A program made the position numbers and the translations under genes. A stretch of 32,129 nucleotides of DNA, taken from Octopus sinensis. Lineage: Eukaryota. Shown here in pieces: positions 12,055 to 22,425 of this stretch; the first letter of the stretch is position 1, and each line of letters opens with the position of its first letter. A model generated the notes under the pieces. The model ran no database searches, was not told the DNA's origin, and worked only from the letters and a program-made list of their open reading frames with translations. The stretch covers positions 1 through 32,129 of the forward strand of contig NW_021829619.1 in the NCBI RefSeq assembly GCF_006345805.1. The letters are read 5' to 3'.

Positions 12055-12193
12055 AGAAACGTTAGCACGTCGGGCGAAATGTTTAGCGTTATTTCGTCTG
12101 TCTTTACGTTCTGTGTATAAATTTCGCCGAGGTCGACTTTGCCTTTCATCCATTAAGGGCCGATAAATTAAATAGCAGTTGCGTACTGGGGTC
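12055..12193 (+). mobile_element. Remainder of the interrupted SINE family 2 copy
   Basis: agaaacgttagcacgtcgggcgaaatg...gaggtcgactttgcctttcatcc...ctggggtc. Confidence 0.85.
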
Positions 12194-12223
12194 TTCATTA
12201 AAAAAGGTAGAAATACAAAAATA

Positions 12224-12926
12224 GGTGCAGGCATGTTTGTGTTAAGAATCTTGTTTTAAAACCAAGTGTTTTCGGGTTCAATTCCACTGCACAGCGTCTT
12301 GGCAAGTGTCTTCTACTATAGCCCTGCGTCGACTAATGCCTTCTGAGTGAATTTGATTAACGGAAACTGTGTGGAAGCCCGTTTCCGTTATATATATATA
12401 TAAAACAGATTATCTTATGTTTTTTTTAATCAGAACAATAGGAGACATGTGGGATGGAGAGTCGCTGAAGAGGTCACAGGATGTTTGACGAAAGATATCA
12501 GCCAAAAGATGATTTAAGAACAATAATAAAGCTGAACAGAAGACTAAATATTTGGTGCCTGTGGTCAACTGGAAAAAAAGGGCATCACCAAATATAACAG
12601 TGTGTATATATATATATATGGGAAAAAATCAAGGTAGAAAATACTAAAATAATTTTATAAAAAACATTTCAGTACCGGTTTCAGTCATTGAAACTTCTTC
12701 AACTGTAAGCATGAAAAACAATAAATTCTGGAAAAATTAAATGAAAAGTTTTTAAAAAGAATATTTGCATAGTATTCATAAAACTATGTATGTAAACAAA
12801 GTTTGGTTATTTAGAAGCATTGTTAACATTTTTTTCTGCAATATAAGGACTTCTGTCCTACTTAATGCTATTCAGCATTATTATTATGCATTTGAGAGTA
12901 AAATATTCCCATATCTGTGTGTGTAA

Positions 12927-12980
<54 letters not shown>

Positions 12981-13273
12981 TGTGTGTTGTGAGTGTGTGT
13001 GTGTGTGTCTGTGTGTATATTTGAGTGTGTGTGTGTGTGTGTCTGAGTGTGTGTATATGTGTGTGTATTTGTGTTCGTTCTCCGCCACCACTTGACAACT
13101 GGCGTGTTTGTTTGCATCCCCATAACTTAGCAGTTCGGTGATAGAGATCGATAGAGTAAGTAGCATACTTAAAAATAAAATAATAAGTATTGAGTTGATT
13201 TGTTCGACTGACCTCATCGAGGCGGTGCCACAGCATGGCCGCAATCCAATGAATGAAACCAGTAGAAGATAGA
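12224..13273 (+). mobile_element. Older SINE family 1 copy with ~550 bp of later insertions in its internal microsatellite
   Basis: Head and body at ~12224-12388, tail at ~13060-13273 (gaggcggtgccacagcatggccgc). Confidence 0.65.
12670..12705 (-). ncRNA. Minimal type I hammerhead-like motif
   Basis: CAG-UUGAAGA-AGU UUCAAUG ACU-GAAACCGGUA-CUG, with palindromic stem III ACCGGU and a C3-to-U core variant. Confidence 0.45.
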
Positions 13274-13700
13274 TGATAATTATCTAGGGTTATAAGTTAC
13301 CAAATGATTTGACCCCTAACCATAAACAAACTATATTTGCTTACTGAGTGACGAGACAATGTCTGCCCACGTATCTAGCGAAATCCTTTTCGTCTTCGTA
13401 TAAAGCTTTCACAACTTCCATTTTATATTTTTATGGATGAATAAATTACAAAATTAGTAAAAAGATTTGTTAAATTCATAAAAGCAAGCGATAAAAATAT
13501 GACAGAATACTTTTATTTTTGGAGAAATGAGATAAAACAGCCACAGTTGGAAAGGATATAAAGCAGCATAAACCCCCCGACTATGATCCGAATGATATTA
13601 GGTAGAGTTCGGGGTGAGGATGTGTTGTTAGGTTAACGATTTGCCCTCGGGAATTAGTGACGTAAATTAAAAATGGTGATTCATAAAAAGAAATGCTTAC

Positions 13701-13802
13701 CTCTTCCCTGATATAAAAATAAACGTGTGCTCTGGTATTTGTGGCAGGGCCCTAATGACTTTTAAAGCTGTGTCAATATCAACACTCCGCTCCCACGAAC
13801 AT
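13701..13802 (-). CDS. Candidate host-gene exon (unidentified protein)
   Basis: 102 bp, open in one frame only (CSWERSVDIDTALKVIRALPQIPEHTFIFISGK). Strong donor GAG|gtaagc, weak acceptor aag|. Confidence 0.3.
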
Positions 13803-13910
13803 CTTTCAGTTAAATATATCAATCAAAACAACAACAACAACAACGACGACGACGCTGACGCTGACGCTGACGATGATGATGATGATAACAATAATAATAA
13901 TGATGATAAT

Positions 13911-14177
13911 GAGATTAAGCAGTTGTGGTCGATAAAAAAGGTGGTAGTAGTACCAATAATTGTTGGAGCTCTGGGAACAGTGAGTAAAAATCTCGAGAAG
14001 TACATGGAACAAATAGGGGTTGCAATAAGGGTGGAGCACTTGCAGAAAGTAGCACTGCTTGAAACCGCTCGAATACTCCGGAAGGTACTCGAAAAATAAG
14101 AGGTGTTACTTTAGTTCACTGGTAGTGAACAGCTGACATCGTAGTACATCTCCAGCGTTAGAAGCTGTGCAAAGGCA
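13911..14177 (+). mobile_element. 5'-truncated R4/Dong-like RLE retrotransposon 3' end in a (TAA)n array
   Basis: EIKQLWSIKKVVVVPIIVGALGTVSKNLEKYMEQIGVAIRVEHLQKVALLETARILRKVLEK*, a short 3'UTR, and TAA/TGA repeats on both sides. Confidence 0.85.
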
Positions 14178-14220
14178 ATAGATAATAATAATAATAATAA
14201 TAATGATGATGATGATGATG

Positions 14221-14289
<69 letters not shown>

Positions 14290-14488
14290 TGATGATAATA
14301 ATAATAATAATATAATAATAAAATAATAATAATAATAATAATAATCAATAATAATAATGATGATGATGATAATAATAATAATATAATAATAATAATAATA
14401 ATAAATAATAATATAATAATAATGATGATGATGATGATGATTGATGATGATGATGATGATGATGAATGATGATGATGATGATGATGAT

Positions 14489-14567
<79 letters not shown>
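14178..14567. repeat. (AAT)n/(GAT)n compound microsatellite
   Basis: Seen directly. Confidence 0.95.
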
Positions 14568-14569
<2 letters not shown>

Positions 14570-14776
14570 GTTTCAAATTTTTCCACAAGGGCAACAGCTT
14601 TGGGGGAGGGGTGAGTTGACTACATCGACCCCTGTGTTCAACTGGTACTTATTGCCCCCGAAAGGATGAAACGCAAAGTGAACCTCGGTGGAATTTGAAC
14701 TCAGAACATACCGACGAGCGAAATACTGCTAAGCATTTCGTCCAGCGTGCTAACGATTCTGCCAAGCTCGCCGCTT
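14568..14776 (-). mobile_element. SINE family 2 copy with a third tail type
   Basis: Same head and body as 6554-6784. Tail ends AAATTTGAAACCA followed by (TTA)n. Confidence 0.85.
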
Positions 14777-14841
14777 TAATGATGATGAATGATGATGACG
14801 ATAATAGTAATAATGATAACAACAACAACAACAACAACAAC

Positions 14842-14875
<34 letters not shown>

Positions 14876-14901
14876 TAATAATAATAATAATAATAATATA
14901 C

Positions 14902-14961
14902 CTTACCGCAAGGGCACTGAGATGATGAGTAAATAAGTGTTTACTTAAACTTTCCAGATGG
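14902..14961 (-). CDS. Candidate host-gene exon
   Basis: 60 bp, tag|...AG|gtatat (alternative donor GCG|gtaagg ends the exon at 14907). Encodes HLESLSKHLFTHHLSALAV. Phase is compatible with 13701-13802. Confidence 0.25.
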
Positions 14962-14980
14962 CTATAATGTTAGGATTCTG

Positions 14981-15015
<35 letters not shown>

Positions 15016-15322
15016 AAACGAGCGGCTCGCGCATACACATATTGGGTACTGAATAAATAATACCTAACGAAACATTATACGTTGAGGAACTAATCTGATA
15101 TCACAGTAACAGCAAATGTGACTGCATTTAACTTCTTCGGTGTTACTTTAGACGCAGCACACTTCAATATAAACCATAAGCATAATGAACGAATGTCTTA
15201 TACACATGTTCACGCCACTACGCAAACTTTATCCAACTATCTTTAAGATCCTTGTTTGCAATGTTACTAAGAAATCTCCAGCATAACTGCCGGGGACGTA
15301 GCGTTTAAGAGACATTTAAAAA

Positions 15323-15632
15323 CTTTTTTACGCGCCCTTTTCAAGCCTAGCCAGGCTCATGGGCCCGGTTTCCCGGTTTCTGTGGCGTATGCGCTCCCCC
15401 CAGCTGGATGGGACGCCAGTCCATCGCAGCGTTACTCAAGAAACAAGAAGAAAGAGTGTGAGAAAGTTGGGGCGAAAGAGTACAACAGGGGTCGCCACTA
15501 CCCCATGCCGGAGCCTCGTGGAGCTTTAGGTGTTTTCGCTCAATAAACACACACAACGCCTGGTCTGGGAATCGAAATCGCGATCCTCCGACCGCAAGTC
15601 CGCTGCCCTAACCACTGGGCCATTTCGCCTCC
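15323..15632 (-). mobile_element. tRNA(Arg-like)-derived SINE family 4
   Basis: Head GGAGGCGAAATGGCCCAGTGGTTAGGGCAGCGGACTTGCGG...TTCGATTCCC. Contains GCGATGGACTGGCGTCCCATCCAG (V-domain-like) and an A-rich end. The head is shared with 29780. Confidence 0.85.
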
Positions 15633-15901
15633 ACGTTTAACGGACATAGAAACATGAATAACAAACATCGACGACAGTGGATTTAAAAGATAAAAATTTT
15701 TTAATTCACCCTCAAAACTGAAACATCTCCAGTTCAGCACACTTCAGTGTAGAATGCGTTTTGCCAAGTGTTTCTCAAACCTTCTTCAGAGCCATATTTC
15801 CACTGGACGAAAATATTCCAAGCTGTGTAAGCAGTTGAATATAAAAAAACATTATAAATATACGACAAATATGAAGAGCTTCATTTCATATTATTAGTGC
15901 C

Positions 15902-16071
15902 CAGACCAGTCTTAGCAATATTATAGGCCCCGGGGCAAAATCAGTGCACCGTGCCCTATATTATTTATTTCATGATGGCACGCCACGGCAATCGTAAATC
16001 ATAATCAGGCTCCTACACCCGTGACGCCCTTAGGCAACTGCCTAGCGTACCAATGCCTTAGGGCGGCTCTG
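15902..16071. mobile_element. hAT-type MITE (170 bp)
   Basis: CAG...CTG termini with imperfect TIRs. 8-bp TSD ttagtgcc (15894-15901) / taagtgcc (16072-16079). Confidence 0.7.
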
Positions 16072-16461
16072 TAAGTGCCCAAACCCACTGAATAAATCCA
16101 GAATAACGATGTCAAATTCCATAGCCATTTATCAGTAGAATGCAAACTACGACCGCGTCTGCAGAAAATCTGAAAACCAGTATAACAGGGAGATAATTAT
16201 AATTGGCGAAGCGGAATGATATATCCCTGGGTAATTTATGAAAGCTGGAAACCCTAACCCCTCTTTTAATATTTATTCGTGTTGGGTAATAATCTGGTTG
16301 AAATTTTGTATATATTAAATTCTAACGAATTGTTTGGTTATAGCCATTTACTAACATCAATAGGTTGATCTTTAGGCGATACAAGTACCTGTTACAGACG
16401 TACTTGTACCAACACACCACATACATATGTACATAGTGCTAGTTTCTTTGGTCTCTATATA

Positions 16462-16693
16462 TATTTCTTTACTACCCACAAGGGGCTAAACATAGAGGGG
16501 ACAAACAAGGACAGACATAGGTATTAAGTCGATTACATCGACCCCAGTGCGTAACTGGTACTTAATTTATCGACCCCGAAAGGATGAAAGGCAAAGTCGA
16601 CCTCGGCAGAATTTGAACTCAGAACGCAGCGGCGGACGAAATACCGCAAAGCATTTCGCCCGGCGTGCTAACGATTCTGCCAGCTCGCCGCCT
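16462..16693 (-). mobile_element. Full-length SINE family 2 (A tail) with a long TSD
   Basis: Complete head and tail. Direct repeat ctttggtctctatatatat at 16446-16464 and 16692-16710. Confidence 0.9.
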
Positions 16694-16770
16694 TTGGTCT
16701 CTATATATATGTGTGTGTGTATGAGTGTGTGTATATGTGTGTGTGTGTGTATGTGTGTGTGTGTGTGTGT

Positions 16771-17067
16771 GAGGACGCATGACCTAGTGGTTAAGGTGTT
16801 AGGTTCAAGATCGCGTGATCATGGTTTCAATTCCTAGACCGGGTGGTGCGTTGTGCACTTGAGCAAAACACTTCATCTCATGTTACTCTGCAATCACATC
16901 GACACCTGACGCGTGGTATACCTGTGCACCTGTTCAGGTAATGTCGATTTGATGGAGATGCTGAGCTAATGTGCAGCACGAACAGTTGATTTCTGTAAAT
17001 AAATCATTGGAGCAGGTCGTTCGGCAAAAGCTGAACGCTCATTCGTCGTCTTCGGTGGGAGAATCCA
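16771..17067 (+). mobile_element. tRNA-derived SINE family 5
   Basis: A box TGACCTAGTGG, B box GGTTTCAATTCC, central CTTGAGCAAAACACTT. Confidence 0.75.
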
Positions 17068-17093
17068 TCAATATGTATGTATCGATGTATATA

Positions 17094-17335
17094 TTGGGTT
17101 GGTGCATAATTATTGCGGCGTTCTTTTACAACAAATTTTATTCAACAAAAACAATAACAATATTTAACAAAATCATCTTTAAATGACGGTCTGACCGCCT
17201 GCCAAGCAATTGGGAAGCAGTAATTGAAGTAGATGGTGAATATGCTCCGGAATAATCATTTAAAGATGTTTTTGTTACATGTTGTTATTGCTTTTGTTGA
17301 ATACAATTTGAAAAAAGCCACAATAATTATGCACC

Positions 17336-17338
<3 letters not shown>
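17094..17338. mobile_element. Mariner-derived MITE
   Basis: TA-flanked TIR ttgggttggtgcataattattgcggc and its complement at 17317-17338. The interior encodes a transposase C-terminus RLPSNWEAVIEVDGEYAPE*. A third TIR lies at 17416-17446. Confidence 0.8.
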
Positions 17339-17416
<78 letters not shown>

Positions 17417-17450
17417 TGGGTTGGTGCATAATTATTGCGGCTTTTTGTCA

Positions 17451-18350
17451 ATGCATGGAGCACAGCAATAAACTACCTTTTCTTGACATCGTAATTAAAA
17501 TAGTCAATAATCACATTGAAAAGGATATCTTTTATAAAGTCAGATTCAAAACAATACCTATTATTCAACTCATACCACCCCAAACACATAAAAATTAATA
17601 TACCTGATAATCTTGCGAAAAGAACCGGTACCATAGTGTCGGATACCAATACACGTGAACAAAGACTTCCTGAACTTAAATCAACACTAATCATGAGACA
17701 TTAATAGATGATGGGATCAAACGAGTAAGAAAGTAGACATACAAACATTAAGGGATTTAAAAGTACTTCCCTACATCTCCACAAACAACCCAAGAAACAA
17801 TGAGGCATTCAACATCCTCATCCAAAATCTACCCATTCTCGCTAGAGATAAAACAATGAACGAAATTTTGGGTACACACAAATTTATCAAAAGCAAAATA
17901 CAACCGAAATCATTGAAAAGAATATTAACCGACGCAAAACTATAACCCTTAACAACGGAACCAAAAGTGGAGGAATGCCGGCCTCCTAACTGTGACATAT
18001 GCTCCCACTTTTTGGAGAGTTCAGAATTTCACTTCAAACAAGACAAAATATTTAAGATAAAGTCAAATTTCACTTGTGCCTCTGAAAACTTAATCTATGT
18101 TATTACTTGCTTAGATTGAGGAAACCACCATATAGACCAAAGACAGATGTCTCCCAGACGAAGAACAACACTTCACAAGGAACAAATCCACTTCTCACAA
18201 TATAGACAAATATTGATAAATGTGCTAGGAACCTCGAACCAAACTTCCTAATCGTTCTTCTTTTCAATGTTCCCAGGAACCTCAATGCAGCAAAGATTAA
18301 ATAGAGGAAACTTCTATTGATAAATATCAACCACAAATTTATATGAACAT
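17451..18350 (+). mobile_element. Decayed Penelope-like element (RT thumb plus GIY-YIG endonuclease)
   Basis: LPFLDI...DIFYK/SDSKQYLLFNSYHPKHIKINIPDNLAKR...LPYISTNNPRN...CRPPNCDIC...FTCASENLIYVITC. Confidence 0.85.
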
Positions 18351-18941
18351 ACAACTCAATACAGGACACTTCTGACCTTACTAATATCAATAATCCCACT
18401 AATCCTCATATATCCCAAATGCTACTTTATATTCTAGTGATTGTATCTACATTAATTACATCTCTTTCATAACTGCTTACTTCGCTTGCATCAAAAATTT
18501 TTTTTCACTTAGGTGTATGTTTATACCCAACACCGCTTGACAACCGGTGTTGATTCACAGTCAGTGACCATCTATAGCGAAAACCAGCATGACTTTTTAT
18601 AATGATTTTTATACATCTTAATATAACTTCAACTCATTTGTTTGTAAATATATTTGTCTTTGAAAAAAGCCATTACATTCATACCTAGAGAGCATTTTCT
18701 TTATTTGTTTTTACTTTTCATTTAATTACGCCACGTGTAGTTTCCCCCCTTAAAACCTGTTTCAATTATATATATATATATATATACATATACTGTAAAT
18801 ATCACTAAATGTAACTAAGGTGTTAGGAAATACCTACATTGCTATGAATAAGAGCTAAACTGTTCTAATATTGTAGTTAACGGACACGAATAAAAGCATA
18901 TACACTAACAGGGACCATAATTGCCCGAAAACTGCCTAGTG

Positions 18942-19006
18942 GTCTCAACTGACGAGGCAACGAAAATGACCGAAACTGACGCGTCAGTATCAAAAGTTCT
19001 CGATCG
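18942..19006 (+). ncRNA. Type I hammerhead ribozyme, partly decayed copy
   Basis: CUGACGA-GGCAACGAAAAUGACC-GAAA-CUGAC GC GUCAG-UA (predicted cleavage after 18989). Core is intact; stems I and II are mismatched. Confidence 0.6.
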
Positions 19007-19288
19007 GCACTTTTCGGACGATTATGGTCCCTGTCAGTGTATGTGGTCATTCGTGTGCGTTAACTAGAGCAGTAGAGCGTTTTAGCTCTTATTTCTAGCA
19101 ATGTAAGTGTTTCCTAATACCCTAGTCACATTTAGTGAAATTTGTACTTCTCCTTTTTGTTGAAACATTGCAAACTGGTGTTTATATGAATTTTATATAT
19201 ACACATTGGCGAATCGCTAAATCACCCAATTATTTGGATGACGGAAACATAAATACTAATGGCGAAGCAACTACGGAAAGAGTCGGAC

Positions 19289-19361
19289 GATCGAGCTGTC
19301 TAAACTGATGAGGCAGCGGAAATTGCCGAAACTGATGTGTCAGTATTAAGAATTCTTGATC
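19289..19361 (+). ncRNA. Type I hammerhead ribozyme
   Basis: Canonical core CUGAUGA (19305-19311); stem II GGCAG/UUGCC; GAAA; stem III ACUGA/UCAGU; GUA site (after 19345); stem I ucuaaa/uuaaga (one mismatch) plus distal gaucgag/cuugauc. Confidence 0.8.
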
Positions 19362-20004
19362 AACACTTTTCGGACGATTATTGTCCCTGATAGTGTATAT
19401 GTTTTCATTCATGTGCGTTAACCACAACGTTAGAGCGGTTTTTCTCAAGCAATGTAGGTGTTTCCTAATACCCTAGTGACATTTAGTGACACTTGTAACT
19501 TTCCTTTCTGTTGAAACATTGCAAACTGGTGTTTATATCAGTTTTATATATAAGTGGACAAACGAAAGAAGGGCACTCAATATTGGGAGTTACATGTATG
19601 GATCAAAGCAGATTTTGTTTGTTTGTTTGTTTGTTTGTTTGTTTGTTTGTTTGTATGTATGTATGTATGTATGTATGTATGTATGCATGCATGTACGTAT
19701 GTACGTATGTACGTATTATGTATGTATGTATGTATGTATAAATAATTTTAAATGTGAATGTATTCGTTTCGCAAAATCATGGTCTCTCTATTCTGTTCGA
19801 CGTTTCTTTTATTTACTTTTTGTTTTTAATATATATATATATGTGTATATATATGTATACGTACATATGCGTGCGTGTAGGGGAAAGGTAAAGACCTATA
19901 TGTGCTTATCAGATATATATATAACCATTATAGATCTATATATGCAGAGACACGCATATCTATTTACAGAGATATCTATCTGTCTATCTATCTATCTATC
20001 TATA

Positions 20005-20073
<69 letters not shown>

Positions 20074-20193
20074 CCCTCAGTGTATATATATTCTATATAT
20101 ATATCATATATATATATATATTATATATATATATATCTATATATATTATATATATGTATATTATATGTGAATATATATGTGTGTATATATCGC

Positions 20194-20246
<53 letters not shown>

Positions 20247-20815
20247 TATATATACATATATATGAATATATATATATACATAGATGTACCTATATATAAT
20301 ATGCATATGTCTTCTGAGCGTAAATTTTTATAACATTTCTTCTTAATCCTCCTTCACTATTTTTAGTGATGATATAAATAAGTTCATGTATTTTCTCAAG
20401 ATATCTCGTTATTTTCGCAAAAAACTCCCCTCCAAAACAAAAGAAGCAAAAAAAAAATCAACCGAAGAGGCTCTTTACACATTTTAACGAAAGTAGTGCA
20501 TCATCAAGAACAAGAACAAGAACAACGACAACAAAAACAGCAGCAACAGTTACAACAACAACAACAACAACAAATAACAAATTATTTCAATACATTTTAC
20601 CATGCACACCTCTCGACCTTATGTGAAGTACAAGAAAAATAACAATATCGAGAAAAAATTAAAATGATGGGTAAAATAAGAAGTGAAAAAACAATATGGC
20701 GATATATAAATATTCAATACGAAATGAACTATTTATTTCTGTTATTCCGCATACATACATACATATATACATACATACATACATACATAGATAATATATA
20801 TATATATATATACTA

Positions 20816-20926
<111 letters not shown>

Positions 20927-21006
20927 ATATCTATCTATCTATCTATCTATCTATCTAGCTAGCTAGCTAGCTAGCTACACACATATACACATACACACCA
21001 CACATA

Positions 21007-21058
<52 letters not shown>

Positions 21059-21308
21059 TATTTTACACACACCCACACATACACCAACACACACACACAC
21101 CACACACACACATATATATATATGTACATATATACATATATATGCGTGTGCATACACAGAAAAAGAGAGAAACAGATATGTACTGAAAATATTTAATATA
21201 TATACATATTAATCATAAAATGAGCCATTTATTTCTCTCTTTTTCTGCACACGCACACTGCACACCACACACCATACACACAGATACATGGACTCACACA
21301 CACACACA

Positions 21309-21340
<32 letters not shown>

Positions 21341-21763
21341 TATATGTCCCTCTGATATATATATATATCTTCTCATCTCGACACCTTTCATTAATCTCTA
21401 TTCCCAATATCTATCCACCCGTCTTCTCATCCATCCATTCATCCATCCACCCATTTACTCTTCTATTCACCTGTTAATTTGCTTCCCCCCCCTTCCACTC
21501 ATCCATCGGTCCACTCTCATGCACTCCTCCACTGATTCCATCACGCATTCAATCGTCTCTATACTCTACACTCAATCTATGCATTCTTGGATATGTCTAT
21601 TCGCCCATGCACAGCCCTATGTTTCCACTCTCAGATATTTTCCATTACGCACCCGTATTTCACTTTCCTCTACATACCCCCATATGCTTTGCGTGCATGC
21701 CTGTGCGCGCACGCGCGTGTTAGTGATTAAGTGTGTGTGTGTGTGTGTCTGTGTGTACACAAT

Positions 21764-22162
21764 AACATAGTGGCTTTAAATAAAGATGAAAAAAGCCCTG
21801 TTTAATTATAGATATAACAGCTCTGGTGATGACAGAGTAATGGAAAAGAAGAGCAGCAGGTAAGATATAGTGATCTGAAGTGGGAAATAAAAAGATGGTG
21901 GTCATTGAAGAAGGCGTGCGGTACATATGTTGGTGTTGGAGCCTTCGGTAATATTTGTGCCAGGCTCACAAAACTGGACTAAAAAAGTGAAAGTAAATGT
22001 GAAGATAGAGCATCTAAAGAAAACAGTGTCACTTAAAAGTGTATGAATCCTCCACAGAGTTGTAGAAGTCTGAATGAAGAAGATTATTTCTTCAGACCAC
22101 TGATTGTGGATAGCTGCTGACTCTTTAGCCGACAATTTGATACATTCTTCAGCGAAGTTGCG
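21764..22162 (+). mobile_element. Older R4/Dong-like RLE retrotransposon 3' end, ending in (GAT)n
   Basis: Frameshifted NIVALNKDEK/CLIIDIT...RYSDLKWEIKRWWSLKK...VGAFG...IEHLKKT...ILHRVVEV*. The 3'UTR resembles 14100-14177. Confidence 0.75.
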
Positions 22163-22232
22163 ATGATGATGAAGATTATGATGATGATAAGGGTGATGAG
22201 TATGATGATGATGATGATGATGATGATGACCC

Positions 22233-22425
22233 CCTCTAATATAGACACATAGCTTGAAATTTTGGGGGATGGGCTAGTCCTTTACATCAGCCCCCAGTGC
22301 TCAACTGGTACTTGTTTTATCGACTCCAAAAGGACGAAAAGCAAAGTCGACCTCGGCAGAATTCGAACTCAGAACGTAGCGACGGACGAGATGCCACTAA
22401 GCATTTTGTCCGATGATAATGTTTC
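22233..22425 (-). mobile_element. SINE family 2 copy lacking the first ~15 nt of its head
   Basis: Body matches the other SINE2 copies. The 5' boundary is at GAAACATTA. Confidence 0.8.

Larger units (their letters stand above)
15075..16230 (+). mobile_element. Ancient Penelope-like element fragment (RT C-terminus to GIY-YIG), interrupted by a SINE and a hAT MITE
   Basis: ITVTANVTAFNFFGVTLD (cf. VNFLDVTLD), PTIFKILV, DDSGFK, FAKCFSNLLQSH...KLCKQLNIKKHYKYTTNMKSFIS and IIGEAE (YIG-like), all in colinear order. Confidence 0.6.
18801..19551 (+). repeat. Hammerhead-containing repeat: inverted arm (18801-18936) plus two direct copies with a 356-bp period
   Basis: 18801-18936 is the reverse complement of ~19006-19138. 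~18945-19200 is repeated at ~19301-19551. Confidence 0.85.

Noticed and set aside
15720-16170. Apparent minus-strand exons, including DIVILDLFSGFG (methyltransferase motif I-like), LEYFRPVEIWL and an in-frame Cys-TGA
   Set aside because: The plus strand fits a decayed Penelope-like ORF colinearly, and the minus-strand motifs are short and bounded by stops.
19486-20265. 259-aa ORF, and similar YI/VC/HT/LSIY-rich ORFs throughout the window
   Set aside because: Open frames arise from stop-free di- and tetranucleotide repeats.
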